Below are positions 39,340 to 53,848 of a stretch of DNA of 64,000 nt, piece after piece. This DNA is from the human T2T-CHM13v2.0 reference genome, Homo sapiens, in assembly GCF_009914755.1 (NCBI RefSeq), contig NC_060925.1; one strand, 5' to 3'. Below the pieces are notes generated by a model, which worked only from the letters and a program-made list of their open reading frames with translations, searched no databases and was not told the origin of the DNA. The first letter of the stretch is position 1; the number at the start of each line of letters is the position of its first letter. Position numbers and translations under genes: made by a program.

Positions 39340-39850
39340 GAAGAAGTTCTGGGACTTAAAATCTTTAAAGAGCAGGCCAATAATTTCAGTCCCAATCCCT
39401 GCTGAACCACTGACACTTTGTATGACCTTAGAGCAGTCACTTAGAAATTACTAGCTTTTAAATTTTCTATAATGAAAATTGCTTTGTCTTTGATGTAACC
39501 AGAAAAAACAAACCTGTAATATATAATTGAATCATAATATTCAGAAATTTTTTCATATAATGAGACCCATTAACTATCAGTTTGATACCTGGTCTTAATT
39601 AGAAATTAAATTATTTCAGAACAATGATAAGTAATGGCTCTTAAAATTGCTAAGAACCCTAGTTATATGTTAAAAGCACTGAATTTTCATTTCATCTAGT
39701 TTGATGCTGCTAGCATGAATCATGACTCGATAATCTGTGTTTGCTTATTTTCTTGCTTACTTGTTTGTTTTTTTTCATCTCTCTAGGCCTCCATTTCCTT
39801 ATTTTAAAAGTTGATATCCAAGGTCTTTTGTAGCTTTAAAATTCTATGAT
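39340..39850 (+). mobile_element. Two degraded MIR/MIR3 fragments (about 39340-39480 and 39660-39850)
   Basis: TATGACCTTAGAGCAGTCACTT; TCTCTAGGCCTCCATTTCCTTAT...AAGGTCTTTTGTAGCTTTAAAATTCTATGA. Confidence 0.5.
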
Positions 39851-40324
39851 TCCAAAGCAGATAGTATAAATGTGGCAGTGTGTGGTATATTTCAACCACC
39901 AGCTTGTCAGAGTGAACAAAATCCCCACTATTTGAATCATTGCTTTAAGACTATGAGTTTCAGATTGGCTCCATGCTGCCATCTTTAAATATGTAGCACC
40001 AGATAAAAGCAAGCCATTACAATGTAAATTTTTTTGTCATTTGTTTATCAAGCAACTTAGCTATGGATTAGCAGACAGGGAACTCTTTAAGATTTGGGAA
40101 CCAAGAGTGGCCTATACTGGTGTGAGTATAATGTTTCAGAATATGTGTTGCCTGGGGAAGGAACGCTAATGACAAATTCCCCTTGCTTTACTACAATTTT
40201 GTCTAGAGTGGTCCTGGTTCTAAACTTACTTTGGAAACATAAAAAAATGCATTAGTCAACATCAAAATTATTTATTTGCACTAGAAAAGAAAACAAGGAT
40301 TAATATGTTATGATAAAGAAACTT

Positions 40325-40495
40325 TACTAGTCATTATTACTACTAGTAATTATATTATTACTGTAATTATTAATATATAATTAGATTATTACTAATATAA
40401 TACAATTACTAGTAGTAATTATCTTAATAATTATATAGTATAATATGTAGTAATTAATAATTAATAATATAATTAATAATACTACTTAGTATTAG
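40325..40495. repeat. AT-rich low-complexity (TAA/TAC) tract
   Basis: Almost entirely A/T with TAAT/TAGT motifs. Confidence 0.85.
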
Positions 40496-41959
40496 AAGCA
40501 GAGGAGAGAACAAAGTCATGAAACATTAGTAAAAGGAGTTCAAAGGCAGAGAATTCCACCTTCTCACTTTCATATACATTTACTAAGATGGACTCTTTCC
40601 CAGAGATTTTGCATTAGCCTGTTTCTCAAGATCTATATGAAATAACATTTATTCCATAAAATCATTGATCTTCCCCAAAAGATATGCTGTCTTTCCTGCA
40701 TTCAATTACACAAGCACTTATTGAAAACTTAATCTAAATCAAGCCATTTGTTTGATGTTATAAGAACCTTATTCACTCCCCATCACTCCATTTCCTGAAA
40801 CCTTCATGGCATTTTGCTTATACTGATACTTAACCTTTTGTTTATGTTTAAGACACGTATCATGCTCTAATCTGATTAGGGTGCACTTGTTTGCCGGCTT
40901 TATTGCAAGCCTAATGCTATTCTTGGGACATTATAGGTGTTCAATAAGCATTTGGAAAATGACAATTGAGGCAGTAATCACTTCCATTTGTAGACCATTA
41001 AGCACTGAGAATAAGTACTATTACCTCTAAAATTGTAATGTAATTGAATGAGAAAATACAAATTGATCTATAATAACTCAATTACATAGACCTTTGGGGA
41101 TAATGTTTGTTGCATGTGCCTCTATTACCAATGCAAAGAAATAATTATACCTCTTTAAAACCATACTTAGGTTAAGTCAGGCAAAACAGCAATTCAGTCT
41201 CACCAACTGATCCACTAGCATTAGCTACAAAACTGCCCTTTGAATCAAATGTTCTTAAGACAGCTGAGGATCAGGGAGATACCAAAACAACATTGTAAAT
41301 TTTCAGTCTTGCTCATGCACAAAGAAAACTCTCTATAAATAACTCCCACAGATAAAATTCAAACTCTGCAGGCATTGGGGAAAAGTCAGGGGATTATCTA
41401 AATTGACTTCCTGGGTGCAAATCTGGGGGAGATAGGAGATTTGAGATCAGCCCCACTGGTTGGAAATTTCCCTAAGCTATGACATATGAGTCCTGATTTG
41501 GTCTTGGGATGCTTCACTGAGGGCGGTTGCAATTTATTGTGCTCTAGACACCAATAGTGGCTAATAGAGGAACAGGGAATCTGAGCACAGGTAGCAGTGT
41601 GGGAAGGGTGGGAAGGACCTTTACCAAGATGTAATTAAATGTAATTAAATAGCTGAGTATCCACTCTTAAAGCATTTTACCCTAGTTGCAAGCTAAAAGT
41701 TAGCCTGAAACATTTTCAGTGGATGCAGAGTAACAGCCTCTTCTTGCACTGGCATCACCTTGTGAGAACTGGGACCCATGGAACCAGGTGACAGGGGAAC
41801 ACGCAGTGGGTTGTATTACAGGAAAAGAACACTGAGTTTAGGGAATCTAAATCTTTTCTAACTGGTCACTAAGCTTTCCTGGTCTTTGCTCTGGAGTGAG
41901 ACACTCTCTCCACTTTCCAGGGTGTTTACTATACAAATGGACTAGAAGAGATCATCGGC

Positions 41960-42480
41960 AACAAAGTCTATGTCTCTGTTCACACAAAAGGCAGAAATGT
42001 GAGACTCATGGAGAAATCTCTCCCAACACATGGATCTTATCTTCTAAATGGCAAAGATAAATATATGATTGAATGAATCAATGCATACATGTGTGAAGTT
42101 AGATAGTAATTAATGATTAAAAAAACAGTTTGGGCATGAAGATTGATAAGAAAAGCTGTTTTCAATAGGTTTGTCAGGGAAGGCTTTTAGGAGCAGGTAA
42201 CAGTTGAGCAGAGATCTGAATAAACTGAGGAATACAGACATGTAAATATTTGCCCAAAGAGCATTATAGGCTTAAAGAACAACTCATGTTAAGGCCAAAT
42301 GCAGGATAAGAATGTCTGATGTACAGTAAGAAACCCAGTGTGGATTGAGCAAAAGGGTGAGTAGGAGGCAATGAGGTTGGAGAGTGGGTTAGGAACCAGA
42401 TCATGCCCTATGCCCAGATTGGCCCTATTATGCCAAGGGAAGAATCTTCATTAGATTCTAAGTTTGATAGGTTGCATTTT
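41960..42480 (-). mobile_element. L2 fragment
   Basis: GTCAGGGAAGGCTTTTAGGAGCAGGTAACAGTTGAGCAGAGATCTGAAT; GCAATGAGGTTGGAGAG...CCAGATCATG. Confidence 0.75.
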
Positions 42481-43614
42481 ATAAATAAATAAATGAGCCT
42501 GGGCAGCTGACCCAGGATCTCAAGCTGGGCTAAAGTCGCTAAACAATGAGAGGCCCCAGGTTCCCCAAGAGAAGCACACAACTGGGACACGGTGAAGTAA
42601 CACAATTGCTTTGTCATTCACCACTCTTTCTCTAGTTCTAGCTCTCCCATACCCTGTCTATTCCCCAGCTTCCATCTATCCATTTTTTTCTCCTAACTTC
42701 TAGTTCATTCTCTTTACACATTTCTTGTCTTGATAGCTCCTTGCTGCAATTCCCATTTCTCAAGTCTCCTGTCTTACTGCCCTTCCACCCCATCGTCAGC
42801 ACATGAAAGCCTCTTTTCTCTCTCCTTACCTTTGCATCTCCCTGTGATGATGGTCTCCCTCATTCTCAGAAGCCCCATGGTTGGTGCATCTCTTATCAAG
42901 GAGCCGTGAGAAAAGAGAATAGGCTTCCCTCCTTCACATGCTCAGGTAGGGGTTAAATGCCTTTTGCTTTTCAGGCTGAGGTCAGAACATGGTGCCCCAT
43001 GGATATTGGGGGAAGGGAAGAAGCAGCTAAATTCCCAGCCACACCATGGTAGAAAGGACCTATTTTCCCCAGTCCCCATGGCAAGAGCCATGCCAGCACT
43101 TACAAACAGTGTCTGGCACATGGTAGGTGCTCTGCAAACGTTTGTGAATATAATGAATGTGCTATTATAATTATCATAGTTGTCTTGGAGTATATGGGGT
43201 GAACATTTACACCTTAATTAGGAAGTATCTCAAAGCTGTTTATTTTTTTATGGCCTCAAGGAGAAAAGTCATTTGTTTGATTTTGTTTTTTACAGGCAAT
43301 GATTACCATAGCAGCATAGAACCCAGTTTCTGTGTTCTTACCACCAAACCGTAGAACTTGTGATAGACAAGATATAAACAGCATCATCTCAGATGACATT
43401 TTGAGACAAAAACAACAAAGTAGTGCATTGGGAGATCCAAAACAAATGGCAAGTCAGTTTACATCTCTAAAAGTTGGCTGCAGTAAATTCTCCTTTTTTC
43501 TGACTTCCATTACAATTTTAAACACGTCTTCCCTCCCATGCATTTCTTCCCACTATGTCACCACCTGCCATTAACCTGTCACTGGGACTGGCAGGCTGAG
43601 GTCAGTTATGCTCC

Positions 43615-43980
43615 TTTATCAAACAACCCTCGAGGTCCTTCTAGGTGCAAAGAATTGTGCTAGGTTCTGGCACTCAGACCTGCTGCACACCTGCAGAGAG
43701 CCAAAGGGTAGTGGAGGAACAAACTTGTACAGATAAGCACGGTCCAGGGTTGCAGGCCTGCGATGGGGACCCTCATGGGGTGCAACGAATGCCCAGAGGA
43801 TGGGGGATCAGTTGTCCATAAAGGTGAAGAGTAGAGCTGGGAAAAGAGCCAGAAAGGGATTTATGGAGTGTGTGACACTTTAGTGAGCTGCATTCTGAAG
43901 GAGAGGTGTTTCCTAGGTGGAAAGGTGCAAAAGCAGAGATAGGCAAGACTTAGCTTCCTCAGGGAATTACAAGCAATTCA
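43615..43980 (-). mobile_element. L2 fragment
   Basis: TTGTGCTAGGTTCTGG...; GAAAGGGATTTATGGAGTGTGTGACACTTTAG. Confidence 0.45.
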
Positions 43981-44319
43981 GTATGGCGGCAGTGAGGAGA
44001 TGGGCCCAGAAAGAGATGAGGCTGTAGAATTAATCAGCTGGGAAGCTGGAAAGCACTTCTGCAGATGTTCATGGAAGAATTGTGTAATGCTACTGTCCTG
44101 GAAGAGCTTACCAAGTACATTGCTTGTCTTTCTTATTTGGCTACACTGAACTTTAAAAGAAGGAGTTAACATCTCCATTGGAGGAATGTACAGGTACTAC
44201 ATATGTAGATGTGTACATATGTGCACGAAAGCCCACCCATGGCTGCACCCCACCCAAACATTATAGGAAGTCAGTAGTTGTTATTTCTTCAGAAAATAGA
44301 GTTCCCCCAAAAAGATTTT

Positions 44320-44510
44320 ACATTTTTTAATAAAGTTTGCTGAAGATTTTTTTCATTACAAAAGTTAACACACTTTTTTAGTTATAGAAAGGTAGAAAAA
44401 GAAAGTTAAACCAAAATAGAACAGAGAGAAATAAACATATTTATATTTCCCAAAGAAAGTTATTAATATTTTGATAATTTCCTTCTAGCCTTTTGTCCTA
44501 TGCACAAGTT
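44320..44510 (-). mobile_element. L1ME-type 3' end fragment
   Basis: TTTCATTACAAAAG...TATTAATATTTTGATAATTTCCTTCTAG. Confidence 0.5.
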
Positions 44511-44611
44511 TAATTTGTTTATTTGTTAACCAAAGTATTAAGTCTGAATAGACTATAAAGAAGGAAATAGTTCATGGGATTTTACTTCAAATATATATAG
44601 ATAGTCATAAA

Positions 44612-44740
44612 GATCATTCAGCAATATTTATTAATTTTCTATTATGTGTCAGACACAGTGCTAAGTGCTGCAATAAAGCAATAAACACAGTAGGCATAGT
44701 GACTACCCATGCAAATTCCCGTGGCAATGGGAAGGACAGG
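44612..44740 (-). mobile_element. L2 3' end
   Basis: CATTCAGCAATATTTTATT...TATGTGTCAGACACAGTGCTAAGTGCTG. Confidence 0.7.
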
Positions 44741-46125
44741 AAATAAAAGAGGTGTCATGGGGACAGGAAAGGCTGGCAAAACTTTTGGCTCCCTCAGCAG
44801 AAACTCCCCAATACCACTCTGCCCCTTCCCTTCATAGTTATGAAGTCACTGAGTGCTGGCATTGGAAGGGCCTTTGAGCTCTCATAGTCCAAATAATAGT
44901 GTTTCTTGGTTGAAACAAATAGGACTCTTTAAGCCTGGCTTTTTCTCCCCTAATTCCTGGAGCATTATTGCCTTCATTAAGCTACCCCTCCTCTGGTAGC
45001 CAGTGCTTCTTCCCCCCCTGCTACCTGCCCCCTGCCACTGAGGCAGCCCAAAGAACAGGAAACCGGAGGTGGCCCTGCCAGAGCTGTCAATAGCAGCAGG
45101 CATCTTCCTTCCTGCCACAGGGGTGATAAGACACAAGGCCAAGGGGAGGGAGCCCCTCTCGGCTGAACACTCCATGTGTTGTCCTTTGCCTTAGAAAAAC
45201 CTTCACTCTTCCTACCCCACCAAAGTAGCCAGTCACCACCAGCATGGAAAACAAATAAATAAGCTAAGCAAGGTCACAGTTATTTCTGCTGTTGTGAGAT
45301 CCAGCGTCACATGTAAAAAGAGTTGGTGGTTTCTAATCCCCCACTGCCCAACACAAATCATATTTCCCTCCTCAGGCAGTACGTCTCAAATTGCAGCTTT
45401 ATAAAGCCATATCTTTGAGTCAAGGGACTTTAGTTTCTATATATCTCATGCCTAAATGAACTAAATATTCACTACATAAACCACCCTTACACCATGATTA
45501 GTAATGGATCACATCATGGTAATGTACTCACACCAGATTCCGCTGCAGCCTGTTAAGCATCATTATGACACACTGGCTGGTCAGTGTTGGATAATTTAGG
45601 GATAGGCCCATGTTAAGGACCAGGTAGCCTTGGTTGTGTTATCACAATGGAGCCTCAGAAGCCTGAGACAGCAAGAGGGCCAGGAAGTCTGAAGTGTTTG
45701 AGGAGAAATGTTCCAAAAGGAAACTTTCCTTACTTCATCTATTTTGCACCACACACGTCCTGACACATCAAGGGTATTCTCACAGTAACTGGCAATTCTA
45801 TGAACTTTAGAATCCATTCAGGCAATCACATGTCTCTGTCAGCTGTACTAAATGTCTTTGAAGCTGGGAAATTCCTTTGACTCTGGTTAAATATTACATA
45901 AAACATGCCTGCTTTGAATGGGCAAACCATAAACTGTACAATAAAGTGTGGGAGAAAGAAATTTGGGCTTGGAGCCATAAGATATGAGTTTGAGTCCTTT
46001 CTAGTGGTCTGACCTTGAGTAATCACTGCTCTCTAGATTTTAATATCATTCATAATTGTGCTCTACTGTAATCTCTTATATAAAATATTTCCTGGCCTCT
46101 CTTTTCTACCAGGCCCTAGACAGAA

Positions 46126-46415
46126 TTAATTATATATATAGATATATATGTGTGTGTATATATATGTATGTGTGTATATATATATATAAAACAGATATAT
46201 ATGTTTTATTTACATATTTAAAGCATACATTTATATATTTAAAATACATTAAAATATATATACTTTATAATAAAAATATATACATTTACATATATTTAAA
46301 ATATATAAATATATATACATTTTATAATATAAAGTTTATTTTATATTATGTGTATAATTAAAATGTATTTTAATATAAATTTTAAAAAATGTATAAGCAT
46401 GTTGTATATAATTTT
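46126..46415. repeat. (TA)n/(TG)n AT-rich low-complexity tract
   Basis: TATATA/TGTGTG runs and more than 85% AT. Confidence 0.9.
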
Positions 46416-46984
46416 TCATCTCCCTCACTAAACTTGATTGCTGCAGGATTCATGTCTTTGATTCCATGGTATTACTCTGACTGAACTACAATACAAAGGG
46501 CATAATAAGCACTTCTCAAGCACTCTTAGGAGGCTCAAAGGTGATAGTACTCAAACAAGTATTTCATAAACTATAAGCCTCCATGTGATTGTAAGATGTG
46601 GTCATTATTTGCATAGCAATATTATTTCTCAGTGTAGCACATTTCATAAAAATCCAGGAACTAAAGCAAAGAAAACAAGAAGCAGTCAACAGTGATTAAC
46701 TCTGGGGGTGGGATTGGGAGGTAATAGGGAAGTTGAAGAACAGGGGAGGGGAGGGGAGACGAGGACAGGAGATGTCATATTCTTAATTTGTATTAATTTT
46801 CAATATTAGAAATGTGGATAATTTTTATATTGATATGTCTTGGTATTTTTTCAAATTGGAAAAATAAATGCACACAATTCTAGGAAGCTACTGCAGTATT
46901 TACCTGGCGTGGGGTCCGTGGACATCTGTCAAATGTTAACCGAAACCAAAGTCTTACTGTACTATTTATTACATTATTACTGAC

Positions 46985-47200
46985 AAGAATAACAATACCT
47001 TTCTAGCTTTTATATTGCACTTTAAGCCTTCTGAGATGATGTTTATTATTTGCTTTATTCTTACAACAATCCTGATGTTATTAGGGTAATAATCAGTAAC
47101 TGTATTTAATGAAAAGAAAAAGTAAAACCAGAGAAACTTCATAAGTTGCCCAAGATTCCAAACACAGTGGACAAGTCAAGACTAGAATTCAAGAGACCTG
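46985..47200 (-). mobile_element. MIR
   Basis: TTTATTCTTACAACAATCCTG...AGTTGCCCAAGATTCC...AAGACTAGAATTCAAG. Confidence 0.65.
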
Positions 47201-47404
47201 GTTAGAGCCATCCGCAGTGGGTGAAACTTTTGGAGCCCTAAGGATATGTGCAATAGTCTCCAAAGACATTTTCTGTGCCCTCTGTCCTCGGCAGAGACCT
47301 GGGATCCCAGCAAAGCTGTCACCTACAGATAGATGGCTTCTGATATCTTATTTACTGCCACTCATTGTATCAGTCACTGAGTTTCAATGCATTGCTGAAA
47401 AAAC

Positions 47405-47620
47405 ATTGACAACCTCCTGGCTTGAATCTGGACCCTGCGACTAAATGAGCTGCATGACTTTGAATAGTCACTTAACCTTTCTGAAAAGTCAGTATCCTTC
47501 CTTATCAAGTGGGAACGACACCACATGGCAGGCTCAGGGATGTTGTGAGCATCTAAGGAGGTAATGTATGTGAAACTGCACTGTAAACTGTAAGACATTT
47601 TGTAAATGTCAGATATCTTA
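47405..47620 (+). mobile_element. MIR
   Basis: GCTGCATGACTTTGAATAGTCACTTAACCTTTCTG...CTCAGGGATGTTGTGAG...AAACTGTAA. Confidence 0.75.
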
Positions 47621-47934
47621 TTTGCTTACAAGCTTCTGGAGGCTACTGTGCAAAGGCAGAGATTCCCACAGCCACCAAGGAAAGGAAATCTAGGAGGAAA
47701 AAGATAAAATCACTCTTAAAAGGAGGAAAGAACTATTCCTACTATATGAGCCTCCTCAACCTGCAATGATAGAGTCCCAGTGTTCTTTAATGTCTATTTA
47801 CTTTTTCCTTGCTGTCCTCTTCTCTGCATATTATTCCAGCTGTGACAGTCATTTCATCAGTGAAATTATCAGAGCAAATAAATTTCACTCTCTGGGTCCT
47901 TTGACTGAAGCTCCACAATAGGATAAAAAGTATT

Positions 47935-49343
47935 CTCCCTCCCCCTCCCCCTCCCCCTTCCCCTCCCTCTCCCTCTCCTTTGCACCGTCTCCCTCTGATG
48001 CCCAGCCGAGGCTGGATTGTACTGCTGCCATCTCGACTCACTGCAACCTCCCTGCCTGATTCTCCTTTCTCAGCCTGCCGAGTGCCTGGGACTGCAGGCG
48101 CGCGCAGCCATGCCTGACTGGTTTTCGTATTTTTTGGTGGAGACGGGGTTTCGCTGTGTTGGCCGGGCTGGTCTCCAGCTCCTGACCGCGAGTGATCTGC
48201 CAGCCTCGGCCTCCCGAGGTGCCGGGATTGCAGACAGAGTCTTGCTCACTCAGTGCTCAATGTTGCCTAGGCTGGAGTGCAGTGGCGTGATCTCGGCTCG
48301 CTACAACCTCCACCTCCCAGCCGCCTGCCTTGGCCTCCCAAAGTGCCGAGATTGCAGCCTCTGCCCGGCCGCCACCCCGTCTAGGAAGTGAGGAGCGTCT
48401 CTGCCTGGCCGCCCATCGTCTGGGATGTGAGGAGCCCCTCCACCCCGCTGCCCAGTCTGGGAAGTGAGGAGCACCTCTTCCCGGCCGTCATCCAGTCTAG
48501 GAAGTGAGGAGTGTCTCTGCCCGGCCGCCCATCGTCTAGGATGTGGGGAGCGCCTCTGCCCCGCCGCCCCATCTGAGATGTGAAGAGCGTCTCTGCCCAG
48601 CCGCGACCCCGTCTGGGAATTGAGGAGACCCTCCGCCCGGCAGCCGCCCCGTCTGGGAAGTGAGGAGCGCCTCCGCCGGGCAGCCGCCCCGACAGGGAGG
48701 TGGGGGGCAGCCCCCGCCTGGCCGCCGCCCCGTCTGGGAGGTGGGGGGCGCCTCTGCCCTGCCGCACTGTCTGGGAAGTGAGGAGCCCCTCTGCCCAGCC
48801 GCCACCCCGTCTGGGAGGTGTACCCAACAGCTCATTGAGAACGGGCCATGATGACGATGGCGGTTTTGTCAAATAGAAAAGGGGGAAATGTGGGGAAAAG
48901 AGGGAGAGATTGGATTGTTGCTGTGTCTGTGTGGAAAGAGGTAGACGTGGGCGACTCCATTTTGTTCTGTACTAAGAAAAATTCTTCTGCCTTGGGATGC
49001 TGTTAATCTATAACCTTACCCCCAACCCCATGCTCTCTGAAACATGTGCTGTGTCCACTAAGGGTTAAATGGATTACAGGCGGTGCAAGATGTGCTTTGT
49101 TAAACAGATGCTTGAAGGCAGCATACTGGTTAAGAGTCATCACCACTCCCTAATCTCAAGTACCCAGGGACACAAACACTGCAGAAGGCGGCAGGGCCCT
49201 CTGCGTAGGAAAACCAGAGACTTTTGTTCACGTGTTTATCTGCTGACCTTCTCTCCACTATTATCCTATGACCCTGCCAAATCCCCCTCTCCGAGAAACA
49301 CCCAAGAATGATCAATAAATACTAAAAATAAAAAAAATTTTAA
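47935..49343 (+). mobile_element. Full-length SVA retrotransposon (SVA_B/C-like), about 1.4 kb
   Basis: CCCTCT/CCCTCC hexamers, antisense Alu-like domain (about 47990-48370), short VNTR (about 48370-48815), SINE-R, AATAAA at 49314, A tail, TSD AAAAAGTATT at 47925-47934 and 49344-49353. Confidence 0.98.
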
Positions 49344-49546
49344 AAAAAGTATTGTAAATGCCTCTATCCTCAGTTACTGAAAGGGAAGCATCAAAATATT
49401 CAACTTCCTATTAAGTTTGGTAGCATTTCTTTTTATTAATGAATATAGGGACCTAAAATCCTTCATCACAGTGTTGACTGAAAGTGTGGATTAGCTGGAA
49501 TGTGGAATCCTGCTATGTATTTGATGGTGCTTCAAAATCTCTCTGA

Positions 49547-50238
49547 TAATGGCTATTAAAAAAGTAAAAAAAAAACATGCTGGCGAGGTTGCAGAGAAAA
49601 AGGAACGCTAATACACTTTTGGTGGGAATGTAAATTAGTTCAACCATTGTGGAAAACAGTGTTACGATTCATCAAAGACCTAAAAACAGAACTATCATTT
49701 CACCCAGCAATCCCATTACTGGGTACCTATCCAAGGAATATAAATCATTCTGTCATAAAGACACATGTACATGTATGTTCATTGCAGCCCTCTTCACAAT
49801 AGCATAGACATGGAACCAACCTAAATGCCCATCAGTGGTAGACCGGATAAAGAAAATGTGGTACATATACCCTATGGAATACTATGCAGCCATAAAAAAA
49901 GAATGAGATTATGTTCTCTCCATAGCGTGGATGGAGCTGGAGGTCATTATCCTTAGCAAACGAATGCAGGAACAGAAAACTAAACACCACATGTTCTCAT
50001 AAGTTAAATGATGAGAACACATGGACACATAGAGGGGAATGACACACACTGAGGCCTATTGGAGGATGGGGGGTGGGAGAAGGGAGAGGATCTGGAAAAA
50101 TAACTAATGGGTACTATGCTTAATACCTGGGTGATGAAATAACCTGTACAACAAATGTGCATGACACAAGTTTCCCTATGTAACAAACCTGCACATGCAC
50201 TCCTGAGCTTAAAATACAAGTTAAATTTAAAAAAAAAG
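49547..50238 (+). mobile_element. 5'-truncated L1PA15/16-like 3' end
   Basis: CCCAGCAATCCCATTACTGGGT; GAAAATGTGGTACATATAC; GAAAAATAACTAATGGGTACTATGCTTAATACCTGGGTGATGAAATAA; A tail. Confidence 0.92.
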
Positions 50239-50509
50239 AAACATCGAAATATCTTTGATAGCCTATGCTGCAATTATACTATAGATCTGTAAGTAAAAGA
50301 AGAGGGAGAACATGTTTTATGGAAAGATATAATCCAGTGGTCAATGTAGGGAATATGACCAAAGAAAGAATCTATCACCAAAAAATGACAGACTGCAGAG
50401 AGTAACCAAACTAAACCCAGGTCTGAAGCAGGAATGGCTGGAGTAGGTGTGTGTTTAAGCCATTATACTCCTACAGAATGAAACCCACACCCTGAACACT
50501 GCTTCCTTC

Positions 50510-53500
<2,991 letters not shown>

Positions 53501-53668
53501 CATGAGGAAGTTCCTTTGATTGGATTTCCATTTTCAGGGTATAATCCATTTTCAAGATGTATCAACTTTGCAATAGGGACTAGAAAATGCTTTGGAAAGC
53601 CATTGCATTTATGATACTATTTGCATTTCTGATATCCAGAACCAGATGTTGATTTTAAAGCACATGAC

Positions 53669-53848
53669 TAGACTTGTCAGATTTAGCAAGTAGAAATACA
53701 GGACACTCAGTCATATTAGGGTTTCAGATAACCAGTGAATAAGCATGGCCCACGCAGTATTTGGCACATCCTTATACTAAAACATCATTCATTGTTTATC
53801 TGAAATTCAAATTTAACTAAGCATCCTGCATTTTATCTGGCAACCCTA
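53669..53848. mobile_element. MER53 palindromic hAT-derived MITE
   Basis: CAGATTTAGCAAG...AATACAGGAC and TTGTTTATCTGAAATTCAAATTTAACT...TTTTATCTGGCAACCCTA. Confidence 0.9.

Noticed and set aside
41629-41650. Tandem ATGTAATTAA x2 (homeodomain-like sites)
   Set aside because: A simple 10-bp duplication with no other support
46896-46925. TATTTACCTGGC resembling the U1 snRNA 5' end, or a 22-nt minus-strand exon
   Set aside because: Similarity ends after about 13 nt; the sequence looks equally like a hAT (MER5-type) terminus
48370-48815. Regularly spaced ~40-bp repeats superficially like a CRISPR array
   Set aside because: This is the SVA VNTR: tandem units, no unique spacers, primate DNA
48017-49315. 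Several 60-163 aa GC-rich ORFs
   Set aside because: All lie within the SVA (Alu-like, VNTR or SINE-R domains)
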